From Chiloscyllium plagiosum (Eukaryota), in contig NC_057718.1 in assembly GCF_004010195.1 (NCBI RefSeq), positions 8,145,552-8,209,551 on the forward strand: a DNA stretch of 64,000 bases. The letters are read 5' to 3'. Both the position numbers and the translations under genes were made by a program. Positions 62,600 to 64,000 of the stretch are shown piece after piece. How positions within the stretch are numbered: position 1 is the stretch's first letter; each line of letters begins with the position of its first letter. The notes under the pieces were generated by a model. The model made no database searches. It was given only the letters and a program-made list of their open reading frames with translations, and was not told the origin of the DNA.

Positions 62600-63000
62600 C
62601 AGTTGAACAGCATTGATGGTTAGAAGAGTGAGAGGTGATTTATATAAAACATTCGAGGTCCAAGGGGGCCTTGAAAGAGTGGATGTGGAGAGTATTTTTT
62701 TTCTTGTGGGAGATTAGAGAACAGGAGGTGGGTGGGGGGTCACTGTGAAGAAATAAGGGGTTGCCGATTTAAGACAGAGGTGACGAGAAATGTTTTCTTT
62801 CAAAGGGGTGCCACCCTCAAAAGGAAGTGGAAGCAGAGTACTGGAATATTTTCACGGTGGAGATATATTCTTGATAAGTAAAGGGGTGTAAAGTTACAAT
62901 GGGTAGGCAGGAATGTGGAGTCATTGGAACAACCATGAGCTTATTGAATAACAGAGCAGGCTTGACGGGTCTAATTGCCCATTCCTACTCTTATGTTCCT
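62600..63000 (+). mobile_element. Old CR1 3' fragment
   Basis: AGAAGAGTGAGAGGTGATTT; TTTAAGACAGAGGTGA. Confidence 0.7.
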
Positions 63001-63006
63001 CAAGTA

Positions 63007-63209
63007 CAGTCAGTTCCTCTATAACACAATGGTTCTGTTCTTGTACAACCCCACATTATATAAAAATCGCACTTAAAGTGTTGGCGATGTAATCATGTTA
63101 CGGTGAACACGTTTTAAAAGTTCGTGCATTAGAAACAGTGCCCCCGATTCATCAATCGAATTACAGCGAACTTGCATTTACAAAATGAGCATTATAACAG
63201 AATGACCTG
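63007..63209. mobile_element. Tigger/pogo-like (Tc1-mariner) MITE
   Basis: TA-CAGTCAGTTCCTCTATAAC ... TTATAACAGAATGACCTG-TA: imperfect TIRs with TA TSD. Confidence 0.7.
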
Positions 63210-63449
63210 TAGTACATAAGAATAGAATAGAAATTTGTTGTCACTTGAACTTATACATGAAGAATACAGTGGAAAGCTTTAGAAGTTGCCCCACCATGGC
63301 TCTCACATCAATAACAGAAGTCATACATATTCATAAAAAGAAGAGAAATTAAGACAAATTTCATCACAGTTCGGTGAATGGCTCCCAGTTGGATACTGGG
63401 CCGAAGGCCGATTCAAGATTGATGGAATTTCCTGAAGACGTTATTGGGG

Positions 63450-63756
63450 TGAGACAGCCACACCAGGCAGTTGGATACCGGGATGAGACAGCTACTCCAG
63501 GCAGTTGGATACCGGGATTAGACAGCCACGCCAGGCAGTTGGATACCGGGATTAGACAGCTATGCCAGACAGTTGGATACAGGGTTGAGACAGCCATGCC
63601 AGGCAGTTGGATACCAGGATGAGTTGCCCATGCCAGGCAGTTGGATACCAGGATGAGACTGCCACACTAGGCAGGTGGATACCGGGATGGGTTGGCCACG
63701 CCAGGCAGTTGGATACCGGGATGAGAAGGGCATGCCAGACATTTGGATACTGGGCC
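63450..63756 (+). repeat. 34-bp minisatellite, about 9 copies
   Basis: CCAGGCAGTTGGATACCGGGATGAGACAGCCAYG with unit starts every 34 bp from 63463 to 63735. Confidence 0.93.
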
Positions 63757-64000
63757 AGAAGTCTCCTCTGAAGATGGCCACCATGCCAGGCCAAGACTGC
63801 CTGCGGGCCTCTGGAATATCTGGACACTGGAGAAGATCTCTACACAGCAATGTGACAACTGCACTGGCACAACACCACCATGCCAGGAAATCACCACATC
63901 GGGAGACGGATACACGGGGGCCGTGACAGTCTTTCTCCACCTTCAGGCGCCCGGGACCAATTGTGGACCTGGATCCCAAGCTTAGTCCGAGAGTCTGGGC

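Noticed and set aside
63450..63756. CRISPR-like array
   Set aside because: Inter-core segments are homologous to each other rather than unique spacers; vertebrate context with no cas genes

Overview
Repeat-dominated vertebrate intronic or intergenic DNA, almost certainly from a cartilaginous fish (shark). That assignment is inferred from the repeat complement: HE1-type V-SINEs, SacSINE1/DeuSINE-type SINEs and abundant CR1/HER1-like LINE fragments. No intact protein-coding gene is visible; recognisable ORFs are decayed retroelement pieces (CR1 RT, Penelope RT/GIY-YIG, two Gypsy remnants, Rex/Babar-like). There are also solo LTRs, two Tigger-like MITEs, 28-bp and 34-bp minisatellites, a TG-rich microsatellite and two assembly gaps. 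The most interesting layer is a dense set of Penelope-like element (PLE) termini from at least four sequence families. Many carry a minimal hammerhead ribozyme core (CUGANGA-N-stem II-GAAA-CG-UH). They occur as ~100-130 bp mini-elements or as asymmetric fold-backs in which only one arm has a ~30-nt tail, often with 8-14 bp target-site duplications (TSDs). Three weak minus-strand exon candidates and several repeat-free islands may belong to a host gene. Repeat boundaries were read by eye and are approximate unless a TSD is quoted; family names come from recognition, not a database search.
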